A stretch of DNA of 64,000 nt from assembly GCA_002633005.1 (NCBI GenBank), contig NMRA01000018.1, positions 1,189,531 through 1,253,530 of the forward strand. Reading direction: 5' to 3'. The notes beneath the pieces are model-generated. The model did not search any database and was not told the origin of the DNA. It saw only the letters and a list, made by a program, of their open reading frames with translations. A program made the position numbers and the translations under genes. Each line of letters begins with the position of its first letter. The stretch's first letter is position 1. This document shows, piece by piece, positions 13,301 to 25,300 of this stretch. This DNA comes from Phoronis australis. Lineage: Eukaryota; Animalia; Phoronida.

Positions 13301-16300
13301 CCAAACTAAATCCCAAATTTCCGTTATTTAGCAATTCAGAAAGACGATTATTGAGTTTACTTTAAAATTGCGAGATAAATTCTTTCTCCAAAATGAAGTT
13401 ATTTGTTTGCCATTCTCATGTATACACAGCACGTCATGACAGGTCCCATATCTACCTTCACAACAAGGTGTAACCATAAAGTAGGGTCGGGTCCAGACTT
13501 TGATCCATGGCTTTGTACTGAAGTGTGAATGAATTTTTTGTGACTCTCTGTATGTGGTTCACGTTAAAAGAACTACTGAGGTATATTGTTAACGGGAATG
13601 CCCATGTAGTTTGTGAGGGAAAATGTCTATCCCGATTTAGCAGTCCAAAGTCATACGTACCAGTGTTTCTGAAGAGAGAGCATGGTCCAGAGTAGTCTTG
13701 ACCACACAGCTTGACCAGTGTCCGGTGGAGACCAAGGGCTGCACTCTCAACAGCATTGACCACATACAGAACATAAGGATCCTGTTTGTAATTCAGGTTG
13801 TCGTCAATAAGGCTCTTGCTGAGTGAATCGCACTGCTTGTTATAGCCTGAGCTGCGACCGGGCATATTGCACTGGAACGTCTTCTCGTACTTTTCTTCCC
13901 ACCATGGGTTTCTCTTGTAGGTTGCGGGTGTCTTGGTCCTCAGATACTCATCAAATTCAGGCAGATCAGCCGTCTCCAGGTCAAAGGTCGCCGACTCATA
14001 CAACATGGGTGCCAGGCCAGAGTTAGACAATAAATCGTCGTCAAGTCCCCACTCATCACTACCCAGGAACCGGTACTTTGTTCTCGCCTTGGGATCCTTC
14101 ATGACAGCCTTCAGGAAGGTGCTGACGTAGGGTGACTCCAAGAACACAACCACGAATGTCGCATCAGGCTTGTCGCCAAGTTTCGTCACTGCATTGATAG
14201 CTGCAGATTCCGTATTCCTCTCGACAAGAAGGCTTTGAGATATGCAGATGCCATTTTGCGGTGCAATCCTTACAAATTCCTTGGCAGCCTGTTCACCATA
14301 GCTACCAGGTGAGCTGACAACCTGTACGTATTTCAACTCAAACGTCTTGAGAAAGGAGACGAAACCACGTGCCTGTTTGTCATCAGCAGGAACAGTGCGG
14401 AAGAAATATGGGTACAACTTTCTGCAAATACAGTGAGAAGAAAGTATTTAAGCTTTTTAGATCATCATGGTTGAGTTGACAAACAAGCAGGCAATTCAAC
14501 TGCAGAAAATATGGCAATCCATGATGTTAATAGCATGGTCATGAAATAACCAGCAATTGTGCATTTTTGCCACGCAAGACTGTCTTAATAATTAAATCAT
14601 TACAACAAATAGGTCATTCAAAGGTCAATAAAGTTTTACTGCAGCACAGGGAGATGAAATGCTGACAGCAAAAAAGCTGATTACCAAGACAATTGTTGGC
14701 CAGTGCTCATGGCACGCCTGACTTAGCTACTCAGAAGTGTGGAGTAGAGTGACCTCATTCAATCTATGTGCTTTTTTACCTTATGTAGGAGTATGAGGAG
14801 AGTTCAATTTGAGATGGATCTACAGCCGCCACTGTCAATCATTCGGTTGAAGTACAGCAAAATGTAAGATTCCTTGGTGTCAGCATTGCACCTCACTATA
14901 CAGCAGTAAATTATTTTACTGTTACTTGAATCATGACAATCAGCCTCTGATAAAGTCCTGTTCTAGAGTTTGGAGCAGTCATAGGCGCATGTATAAGCAG
15001 CTGGCCTTTGAAATCAGCTGACCGCAACAGATGTGTCATCAGAGGCAAAGATCTTTATCAATAATTTCCTATCAATAACACTGAAAAGAGTTCCCTGTAA
15101 GCTTGTTTGAGGAGCGAATGTCATCAAGACCTCCCTGACTAAAGAACCCAACTCTAAAGTAGATTGCTTGATAAGGAGTAATGGGCTCCCAAAATTTCTG
15201 AGCTCCCACCCATAATGGTGTCGAGAAAATTTTTACCACAAAATGTTGCAACTGCATAAACTTTCGTAATTCCTCAAATTGTGCAGGTCTTCGTAGCACA
15301 AATTTTGTAATTTCAAATTGGTAAAAACTACAACCAAGTCAAAAACAATTTTAAGCCGCATAAAATTATTATTAAGTAAATACAGTACCTACATTATGAT
15401 CTCACTGACAGCTGACAATAACACAATCGGTCTATATGTCAGTCTTCAGTATCTACCTTTGTTTTTAAACCCTGTGTCACTTTCATGTCTTTTAGTGAAC
15501 CCCACCAACGTCATCAATTAGTCAGCCTTCACACTCGTCATTCGTCACAGTTATCATCTTCGCCATCATATTGTCTGTATGACTATATCATCCACCTAAA
15601 TGTCATGGCTGGCAGGGGGATACACTTGTCCCTCCGGTCTCCTCCAGTTTCTCCACTCCCCCAGATGTCAGACATTTTCACAGGAGGCAGGGCCATCCAA
15701 CCCCCAAAACTCCTAAAACCTTATAAACCGTCATGGCATCCAATGGCATTTTGTGACAATTTGTGCACAAACCATCGCACTTTGACAGTTACGAGAATTT
15801 GTGCAACCCACAAACCACAAACTGTCGCAAGAAAGAATTATGACAGATTCCAAGGCCTGCACATACTGTCGCAATTTGTGTAGTTGTCAGACAGTTTGTG
15901 GCCTAACAGAGTGCAACTAAGGGGACAAATGACATATTGGTATGCAGAATGGTGGTTAAATACCACCTTAATTAGAGTGATACTGATATTTTGGGATGTG
16001 GCTATAACTAAAATGGGTAACGTCATCAACATTACAGTTCAGTTGAAAACACTGAATTTATTGGAAAAAAATAAGGAATAGCTTTTATTACAAAGTACAA
16101 AGCTCTATCTTCAAGCAAGTTCATGTGAACTTTCAAACAGTCATAACACCCCTCATACCTGTTGCTAAGCAGCAAGCTTGTTGACCCGTAGCTGATCTGT
16201 GGTATACTCAACACATTCAGCAAGGAAGCCATCTTGACTGAGACATCGTTCTTTAACGCACCAACGTAGGTTTCAATGCGGCGAGGGTTGATGACTGTGC

Positions 16301-19300
16301 CGTCCGGTGCTTTTAACTTCAACTGTCCGCTGTGGATGTTGGCCAACAAGGTCCCTGTAAATATGGATGGATTGCGAAGCCTTTCAATGTCACTTAACAC
16401 ACTGATCTACACAAAAACGGCGCAACAGGTTCTTCATAAATACGTCCCCACACACACATTTAATTGGCTTGGAGAGTGTAATTTCAAAGGTCTGGTCGTA
16501 GCTAAGAAGGCACATTTTTGAAAGAGCAAAACATTGCAACTAGCTGACAGAAATGTGAGTGTAGTTCGTATTCACACCCATCTTCATTATTCACACCCAT
16601 CTTCATTATTCACACCCATCTTCATTATTCACACCCATCTCCATTATTCACACCCATCTTCATTATTCACACCCATCTTCATTATTCACACCCATCTTCA
16701 CATTCACACCCACTTTCACATTCAAACCCACTTTCACACTCATGCCCACTTTTCATAATCAACTTAAAGTCGCAGCTATGAACAAAGTTCTGGTGTTAAA
16801 AACTTTCTTGGTGTATTGCTCTTCCTAAGTTATTTCTTTGCATTCTTATCCTTCCGTTTGAATTGAAATTTCGTAACAGTAAATTGTCCGGTCGTTCTAC
16901 CTTGGCAACAGAAACTAACATGACAGGAACTTAATGGGACTGGTCTGAAGCAAATAACAAACTGACACTTTTTCTCAGCCCACAAATAACTTCTAATCTG
17001 AGTGAGAAACAACACGAGACTATTTTTACCAACAAGTGGGCTGAAGCAAAAGTTCATTTTTGGCAGGAGCCAGGATTGTTTGCCCATTTAATGGACTGTT
17101 TACCGGAAAATCAAGACACCATTGTCTCAGTTAAGACAAGATGTACAATCTCTGATAAACAAGCCACTCTTCTTTGGAAAAATAATTCAACATAAGGTAA
17201 TGCGGTTTCTTACCAGTCCTTGTGCCACTCTTACAAGAGTCGAGTGCAATCCCACCAATTGTGGTGCCAGCCAGAATTTTTGGGTCTGCGAAGATGCCCT
17301 TTCTCTGGTTGACTTGGTCTATAGCAAAGTTGAAAGCCTCAACCAACTGAAAACCATTCTTGGTGTTCAAGTCGCCGCATGAGAACGGACTATCACCTGT
17401 GTTGTGCACGTCAAACACTCCTGGAATTAAAATGAAATGAAAATATGCTACAGCAGAATTCATCTCCATAATGTTGTACCAATGGTGTACCAATGGTGTA
17501 CCAATGGCCACATGGCAAAAGCTTCATTTCGTACTTGCAAAGCGATGGCATAAAATGTCAAAATTTATGACTTTAGCCTAAATTCGCTTTTCATAAAACA
17601 GGACCCTGAATATGATCATGATAATGATGATGATGATGATGATGATGATAATGACAAGAGCAAATGAACGGGTCACAGGTGGGAAGAGGGAAAGACACGG
17701 AGAGAGGAATATGCATGCGACTTTATTTCAGTTTGTTAGAAAATACCTCTAGTATACATCATACATATTTCATAGATGCATCAAATGTCAGATATAGATG
17801 CATCAGAAGTCTGGCGAGGTTCGCAATCTCGTCACTACGTGATACGCATGATTACATGCTGCTTGACCTTCCTGAGAATCAGACAATAAATGACCCTGAT
17901 CGAAGGTCAAGCAGCAGCCAATCACAGCGATTGAAAATCGCATCATGTATAAGTGAGATTGCAAACTTCGTCACATTTCTGGTGCATCTATGAAAATTTG
18001 TAATGGCATACACAGTGCTCCCTTCTTTACTAATTCGGTGTGTAGTAGAGGTAGGTTCTAACAGATCAAAATAAGCTCCCAGGGAGAAAGGGGGCTAATA
18101 AGCAGGGGACAGAGAAGACTGAGGGAGAGGGTACGGGGGGGGGGNTGAACTTTGTTTCTGGGACCCACAAATAGTTACAGCATCTTTGAAAAATCTCATC
18201 ATTTTTTGCGTGAGTCTCAGGTCTTGGACAGTTCGGGGCTGGGGGGGGGGGGGTGGGGGGGGGGGGGCAAAAAGCAGAGGAGAAAGTGAGTGGGTATAGA
18301 TGATGGAAGTCAGCAAGATGGAAAAACAAGGGGCAACAGAGAGGGAAAAGGGAGGGAACAAGGCTGGGAGGAAGGAGCTGAGAGGAGTAAAGAGGGAAAG
18401 TGGATGGAGATGGACAGTAAAGGAGGGACGGGCACCTGGGCATTAAAATGAGTGTAATAGTAGTGAATGTGCAGCACTTATTTTGAACCAAGTTCTGGGC
18501 ATACAACAGACCTAAGCACTGACAGGAAGGAGTATTGTGTTTTAAAAGTTAGTAATTATCACAATGCGACTCACCGACCATGAAAACAAATGGTTTTGTC
18601 ACCCTACCTGCAATGAGCAGATCACCGGGAATATATGAGAAAGATTCTTCAGTGACATCTGTAGAGCGGCACTGGGTACAGGTTCCCACGCACGAGGAAG
18701 GAGTGGATTTGTAAACCTGCTGCAAGGCAGCCTGGTTGTTCATCGTCAGGCTACTCAGCACATGGTCAAATTTAGCGACCTGATAATAAGAAGAAATGCT
18801 TGAAGAGAATATTCAAAATGCATAGTCCCGTTAATACAAGCCTTTTTACAAAGTTATTTTAGCAGCCTTTTTGGAATCTGGAAAGTCAATTTCTGAAAGC
18901 CATGATAACGGTTTAGTTGGCTGTGTTCACCCAGATTAAGAATTTCACAAAGGAAATGTGCAGTAATTATAGAATAAAGACTTTCATGAACAGGCCTGCT
19001 ATGCCATTAAAGGAAGTCATTGCTGACAATTTCTGCGTGCATGTTGTGTGCGCAATATGTACTTGTTCAACCCAGAAAACCCCCACACAGATTCAGCTGC
19101 AATTTTCACGACAGGCTGTCAATGGGTTCCAAACCTGCCTTCTGGCATTACTTAGCTTTCAGATCTGATAAGGCATACAGAGGATGAGATGAATAGTTCT
19201 TTTGAAGGCTTAAAGTGGATTGTTAACTTTTTGAAGCCATTTTGGTCAATTTGAATACACAACGTAAACAATGTGAGTCTGACTCGCTGAATCGCTGATG

Positions 19301-22300
19301 TGTTTTATTCTGTCTTTTTGGCATCATTGCTCAAGTCAAGTGGCAAATTGTTACATGACCGCAGGCACGGACTGAAAATCCATGCACATCTCAGCTATTG
19401 AGCACTGCTATCACAACAGAAAAGGTTACTCAAAAAAGCTTAAACTTTCAGAATTTACACCCTTTGTGAAACTTACCATTTTTATTGCATAAAAATCAAC
19501 TACAAAGGCTTAAAAGACATTTACCAGTCAGTTACACATGTCAAATTAAAAGATTTAAAAAGATTTAGTCATAGATACAGCCTTGGGTACAAAAAATATT
19601 ACTAGAGTAGTTGAACCCATCTGAAAATACACATCAGCTGTGCTCTTGTCACTAGGAACACAACAGACAATTTTCATCATCCTCTGAGCGGTTTAGCAGA
19701 CATCAGAGGCAGATGCCGAAAATAGACCCCAAAATAATAAAAGTGGTCACTAGGTGGCACAAAATATGTCCATCCCAAAATGGAAAGAAAGTGCTGCCGT
19801 CTTCATAACAAAAACTTGTTGGCCTATTTTCATGAAAAACCGATGAAGAATTCAAAAGACACAGGGGCAAATGTAAAAACTAAAATTCCACACAGTGGTA
19901 GTCAGAGCTATCCAAAAGTCGTGGGCAGCCATTGTCAAATTTTTTGGAAAAAAATTTCACAAAGACCCTGCGAAAGATTAGATGAAGAGGTGGATACAAA
20001 ATCGACAATATCACCACTAGGGGGCATTACAGATGCCAGACCCATCAACATCAGACGTAGATTTCTCATCAGGAACACATGTGGCAAGTTTCACAGTGAT
20101 CCTTTGAGAAGTTTGGCAGACAAAGAGATGGATGCCAAAAAACGGAATCAAATAAAAAGTAGCCATCAGATAGCACAGAATATGCCAAATCCGTCCAAAA
20201 ATGAAAAGGTATCATTATCGCCTTAATGAAAATCCCTTTCCCATATTTCACAAAAACCACATATTATGAGCTCCGAACATATAGAGGCAAATGTATAGAA
20301 CATATACAGGCACTAGGGGGCACAACAGTAATTGGATTGATCTAAAACTCATCATTAGTTGTCAGCTAAATAGGAAAACATCAGCCAAATGTCACAAAGA
20401 TCCTGTAAAAGGTTTAGGAGATACTGCTGCGGATTCAAAAAAATATAATCACCACTGGTAGTCTTCTTTTCTGCAAAACATCTGCCACTTTTCATAACCA
20501 TTCTTCAAGCAGTCAGGCAGATAGAAAGGTGGACACCAAAGAATGGGACCATTAGGTGGTGTAGAATACGTCAAATCCATCCAAAGATTAGAAGACCTTG
20601 TCGCTTCCGTGATAGAAACTTATTTTGCCAAATTTCAATAAAATACGTCAAGGAACCCAGAAGAGGTTATAAAACTAAAATGGCCATAAGGCCGGGGAAA
20701 CAGTGGTGGTTAAATCAGTACATATCTCATCGTCATCTGTCATCAGCTTCATCTCAAAAGGATCCTACAGGGGTTTGAAAGATACAGCAGCAGACAACAG
20801 ACGCCTGGGCAGAGATGACGGCAACATGCATCCACATACTTATATGGCCACATAAAAACAGCTGTAAACTCACCTGTTCGTATTTGGAGTTCACAAAACG
20901 GAAAATGTTGTAACCTTTGTTGCCCTCACGATGAATGAACTTGAACACATCATTACTGGGGTCAGTGAACTGTATCTTCGCCAGTTCGTTCACTAATCTT
21001 TGACCCTTAGTGGCATCTTGCTTGAAGGCATCACAAACCCCGTTGTAGTTAGTACCACACAGTGACTTTAGCACCGCGTCGAGAGCTTGAGCAAACGAGT
21101 ACACTGCATTCATAGTAGAAAGTGCCCACGGACCTTGTTGGAACCTACCACTATCAACGGCTGATGTATAAGTGATATTGACGCAGTCTTTGCTGTACTT
21201 GGCATTATTGGGTAGGTTACATTGAGAGACGAGTTGATACCACTCTTCAAACCATGGATCCAACACATACTGGTCACCCGTCTTTTTGTCCATCCACTGG
21301 GTGAACTCAGGAATTGGAGGCGACTCAATCCTGAATGTGAGCGCGTTCTGAGCGACATCCTCCAAACCTTGCACCGTTGCATAGTTGTTGTTCCAGTCCT
21401 CTGTTCCAATGAACACCATGTCATCGTTACCTATATCTTTCTTCGCCTGCAGAAGCCGGCGAGCTGATGTCCAACCAGTGAATACCACCACGACCCTAGT
21501 GGTAGATTTATTCAAGTTCTTCATGATATCAGCTTCGATTCCGTCAGTTTCTACTTCATATGAGGCCCCAATGCATATACCCAGCTGCTTAGCATATTTT
21601 TTAAACTCAGCAAGGCCTGTCCGCCCGTAAAGACTGGGCGTGTTGACAGTCAACACATATGTGAATCCCAACCGTTTCGCCAACAAGGCCATTCCGTGTG
21701 CCTGTTTTTCATCACTTGGGACAGTGCGATAAAGAGTGGGGTATTTCTTAATGTCTTCCAGTGATTTGCTTGTAGCACTGGGCGAGATGAGTGGCAAGTT
21801 ATTATAAGCAAGAACCTTGGCAGCACTAGCGGTTGGGTCACTAGAGTAGGACAACCAGCCAAGAATCTTAGACCTGTCAATCATCTCATTGTCGTGCTTC
21901 AGGGAGAAGTCACCAGCATGCACACCGTGAATGAGCGAGGCAGTGCGAACTGGGTGCTCGCAGTCGTCTAACAGCAGGCCACCCAGCTTGACCCCTCGCA
22001 AGGACACCGGGGCGGTGCCTGCTGCAATCTTACTTAAGGCGTACTTGACGGCCTCGGTGCTGGAGAATAGGGTTTCTATCTTCATCGGGCCGCACCTGAA
22101 GGGGGTGCTGCCTTTGGTTTGAATATGGAAGGTGCCACCCAGTATGATGTCCCCTGGGACAAAGGAGTACTGCAAGGCATGGTTGATACAAACAGCACAC
22201 GAAGACGTTGTGCACTGTGAATGCCAGGTGGCGCTGTTGTTGAAAAAGCGTAGTTGGTTCTTGTCAAGAGTGACCACATTACTGTCAGTGTCCGAGTGAC

Positions 22301-25300
22301 CAACCTGGAAATAAAACTTTTCTGATTGTGAATACAGTATAGGCCGCCACATTTCCACCAGCCTCACATTTGAAAAATAACAATGACAACATGACTGGCA
22401 TATACCCAATATAAAAAAATCGGAGAAAAACATAAAGAATTATTGAACCTTGCTGTCGTTATACCACTTGTGATTTTGCAAATTTTAAACACCAACCAAA
22501 TGTCTTCAGATTTTTCCACTTTTGTTATTTTTGTTGACATGTTTAATTAAACCAGATATCATTTCATTTCACATTGGTAAAACGAAGCATAGCCAAGAAT
22601 ATCATTGAAATGAATACTAAATATTGCTTACGCTTGATTGAAGCAGTTACAATCTCAGATAATAGAGACAATGAAAATGACCATTCAACAGCCCTAATAA
22701 TGATTCTAGACTATATGATCCATAGTAGGCATTTTAGTAATGCAGCGAAAATCTCTCCAATTTCGGACAAAACTACAAGTTACCATAATTGACCTTTTGT
22801 TTATTTTACAAGATTTTGTAACATTTTTTGTGAATCCCCATGATTCGTGAAAAATATTGTCTAATCCAGAACCTGAGTCTGCTCAGTTAGTTCTGCACTT
22901 GCTATACTGGAGGAATCTCAAGCAACAGTACGTCTGCCTATTATGTGACACGTCTGGTCAAAAGTTTGGATCTGCCACTGTTCTGGTATAGAACTTGTAC
23001 ACAGTGCTGCACCTCATCTAGGGCAAAATGAGACGACAAGATTTCTCTTGTCAGCTATAGTGTGTCCTACATACTAGAGATTTTACTGTGATTCAGTTTC
23101 TAGTAACACCCAGGCTCTTTTTGATTCGCAACAGCATTTGCAAGATGCTGCTAATCCACGTACTATATTTCATCAAGAATTACTGATGCACAGTAGCATT
23201 ACATATGGTTTTACCGATCAACACTGAAAAGAGAGTGTAATTTTACGTTTCCAGTCATAACAATACCTTTACAGCCTTGTTAGCAGAAGCCTTGAAATTG
23301 TAGACATCAAAGTCAAAGTTTCCATATTTGTTGATAAACTTGAAGTTATGTCCCCCTGCTGTCTTGAACATGGCCTCGTTGATTTTCATGTGCAACACTT
23401 TGTTATAGTCAGCAGCATTTCTAAAGTTGGCACAGACACCGTTGTAACCTAGTCAAGGACAGAGGAGAATCAGAGGAGAATCAGAGAGAATACTCAAACA
23501 CCAACCAACAAGATTACATCATTCTAAATCACAAATGCACTTAACACTGATAACCAGCTTCAGCAACTCTCACCAACATAACCGGACATAGTATGATGTT
23601 CCTTCAGTTATTTTCCGCAAAAAGAATTGCCAAAATGGCAACTTTTCAAATTCCAAAGGCTCACTCCAATGTGTGTTAAGTGCTGTTTTGTGGTGGCAAT
23701 ATAGTGCCAACTTGCCACTTATTTTGCACAAAAATAATGGTCAAATTGTCTTATTTCCATTTTTCCAACTAGGCAGATTACTCAGCTACAGATAACGGAA
23801 ATCTTACAAAATGCTGTTTAAAGACATCTACACGGTACAAACCATCCTAGTAATGAACTTAATTTTTATTAATTTTTATTTTTGTGGAGAAATTTTGACA
23901 ACGTATAATCCCACTTGTCCGCCATTTTACGCGCTAAACAAGGGGAGAACCACCAGGTGTCAATATTAACGTAATTTCTTCACGGTCGTTTTTGCTGAGG
24001 AAATTGGCAGAGATTCCATGTTTATGCCATACTGAGTGGCGAATCACTGTACTGCCTCTTGAACTAATGTGATTCTTCGCACAGGCTTTTGCCAATACAG
24101 CAACACCATCACAATCAAGTCGCCTATATACAGTACAGGACAAAAGTAATTAGACAAAAAATACAGTTTTGCTGAGTCATGACGGCTAATTCTGTTAACA
24201 GCAAAAGTGACTGGTAATAACTATTGGGGAATCATGATTCTAATTACAGAATGACTTTAGCCACCTTACTAGCTTTCCTGTTCATTTCTCTTCATTATCC
24301 GTCATGAGAGAAGATTACTTTGACGGTGAATTTGACGTTTGTCCAGCCATTACAATGTGGAATTCCAGGTCATTTTGTCTGAACACTTTTGGCTTGTACT
24401 GTACCTGCCAGATACCCCACTGACACAACAGCTTTCATATATTGCGTTTGTAACTTACCAACACCACAGTAATGCTTCAACGTTTCATGGAGACCATGGG
24501 CGGTGGCATACACAGCAGTGATGACGGACAGAGAGTTGTCCCCACAGCCCATAGAGGGAGCTGCAGTAATGGGCGAGGAAGACGGGTTAGCACATTTCTA
24601 GAAAAGAAACAACAAAGTTGATTATACATCCTAAAAAGATACAAATATGATTAATTAAATAAGAAAAGAATGAATACTTAAAATTTATGGTTTTTGCCAA
24701 GTGCTGATGACTGATAGCACTATTTCAAAAATGACACTTATCTGGATGTACCTTAGGAATATAGTTTGTTGAAAATCACCATATTCATGTAAAAATTATC
24801 TCTATTATTCTACCCCTCACAATCCTTTCATTTCAAACTGTCCACTTTTAATTGGTAAATGCAAACTTTCTATGAAATTGAACTATATTCTGGCTACAAA
24901 AGAAAGCCTGCCGATCAGAGAATGCTGAAAATGGTGTGAAAATATGAGGGAACATACAAATTCTGATCGTGGTACAAATAAAAACAGTTGACACAGCTAT
25001 TGCTCAAAAGGTAGATGTAATGCCTGTTAAATAAGACTTGCAGTGCAAGGAATCTGCCAATATTTTTTATGGGTAAGTACTGAAAGCAGAGTGTCTCGTA
25101 ATCTTTCTTTAGACATTTAATATCAAATCAAAATGCATTAAGGTTTTGAAACAATTTGAAAAAACAAAATAAAATTATAATATTAAAAAGGAATCAACTT
25201 TAGAATAAAAAGAATTGGCAACACACCTGCGGGTAACCCCAAGGATTATGCTTGTCATCCAGGTAACAGTTTTTCAAAGACTGGTATATCTCTTTGAACC

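Noticed and set aside
9501-16756. Short tandem repeats as CRISPR-like arrays
   Set aside because: There are no unique spacers or cas genes; these are head-to-tail minisatellites in introns of a eukaryotic gene.
18066-18506. Pro-rich 146-aa ORF
   Set aside because: It arises from G-rich low-complexity intronic sequence containing an N, and the receptor frame is complete without it.
19780-20226. 148-aa plus-strand ORF
   Set aside because: It lies in the degenerate tandem array and shows no recognisable domain.
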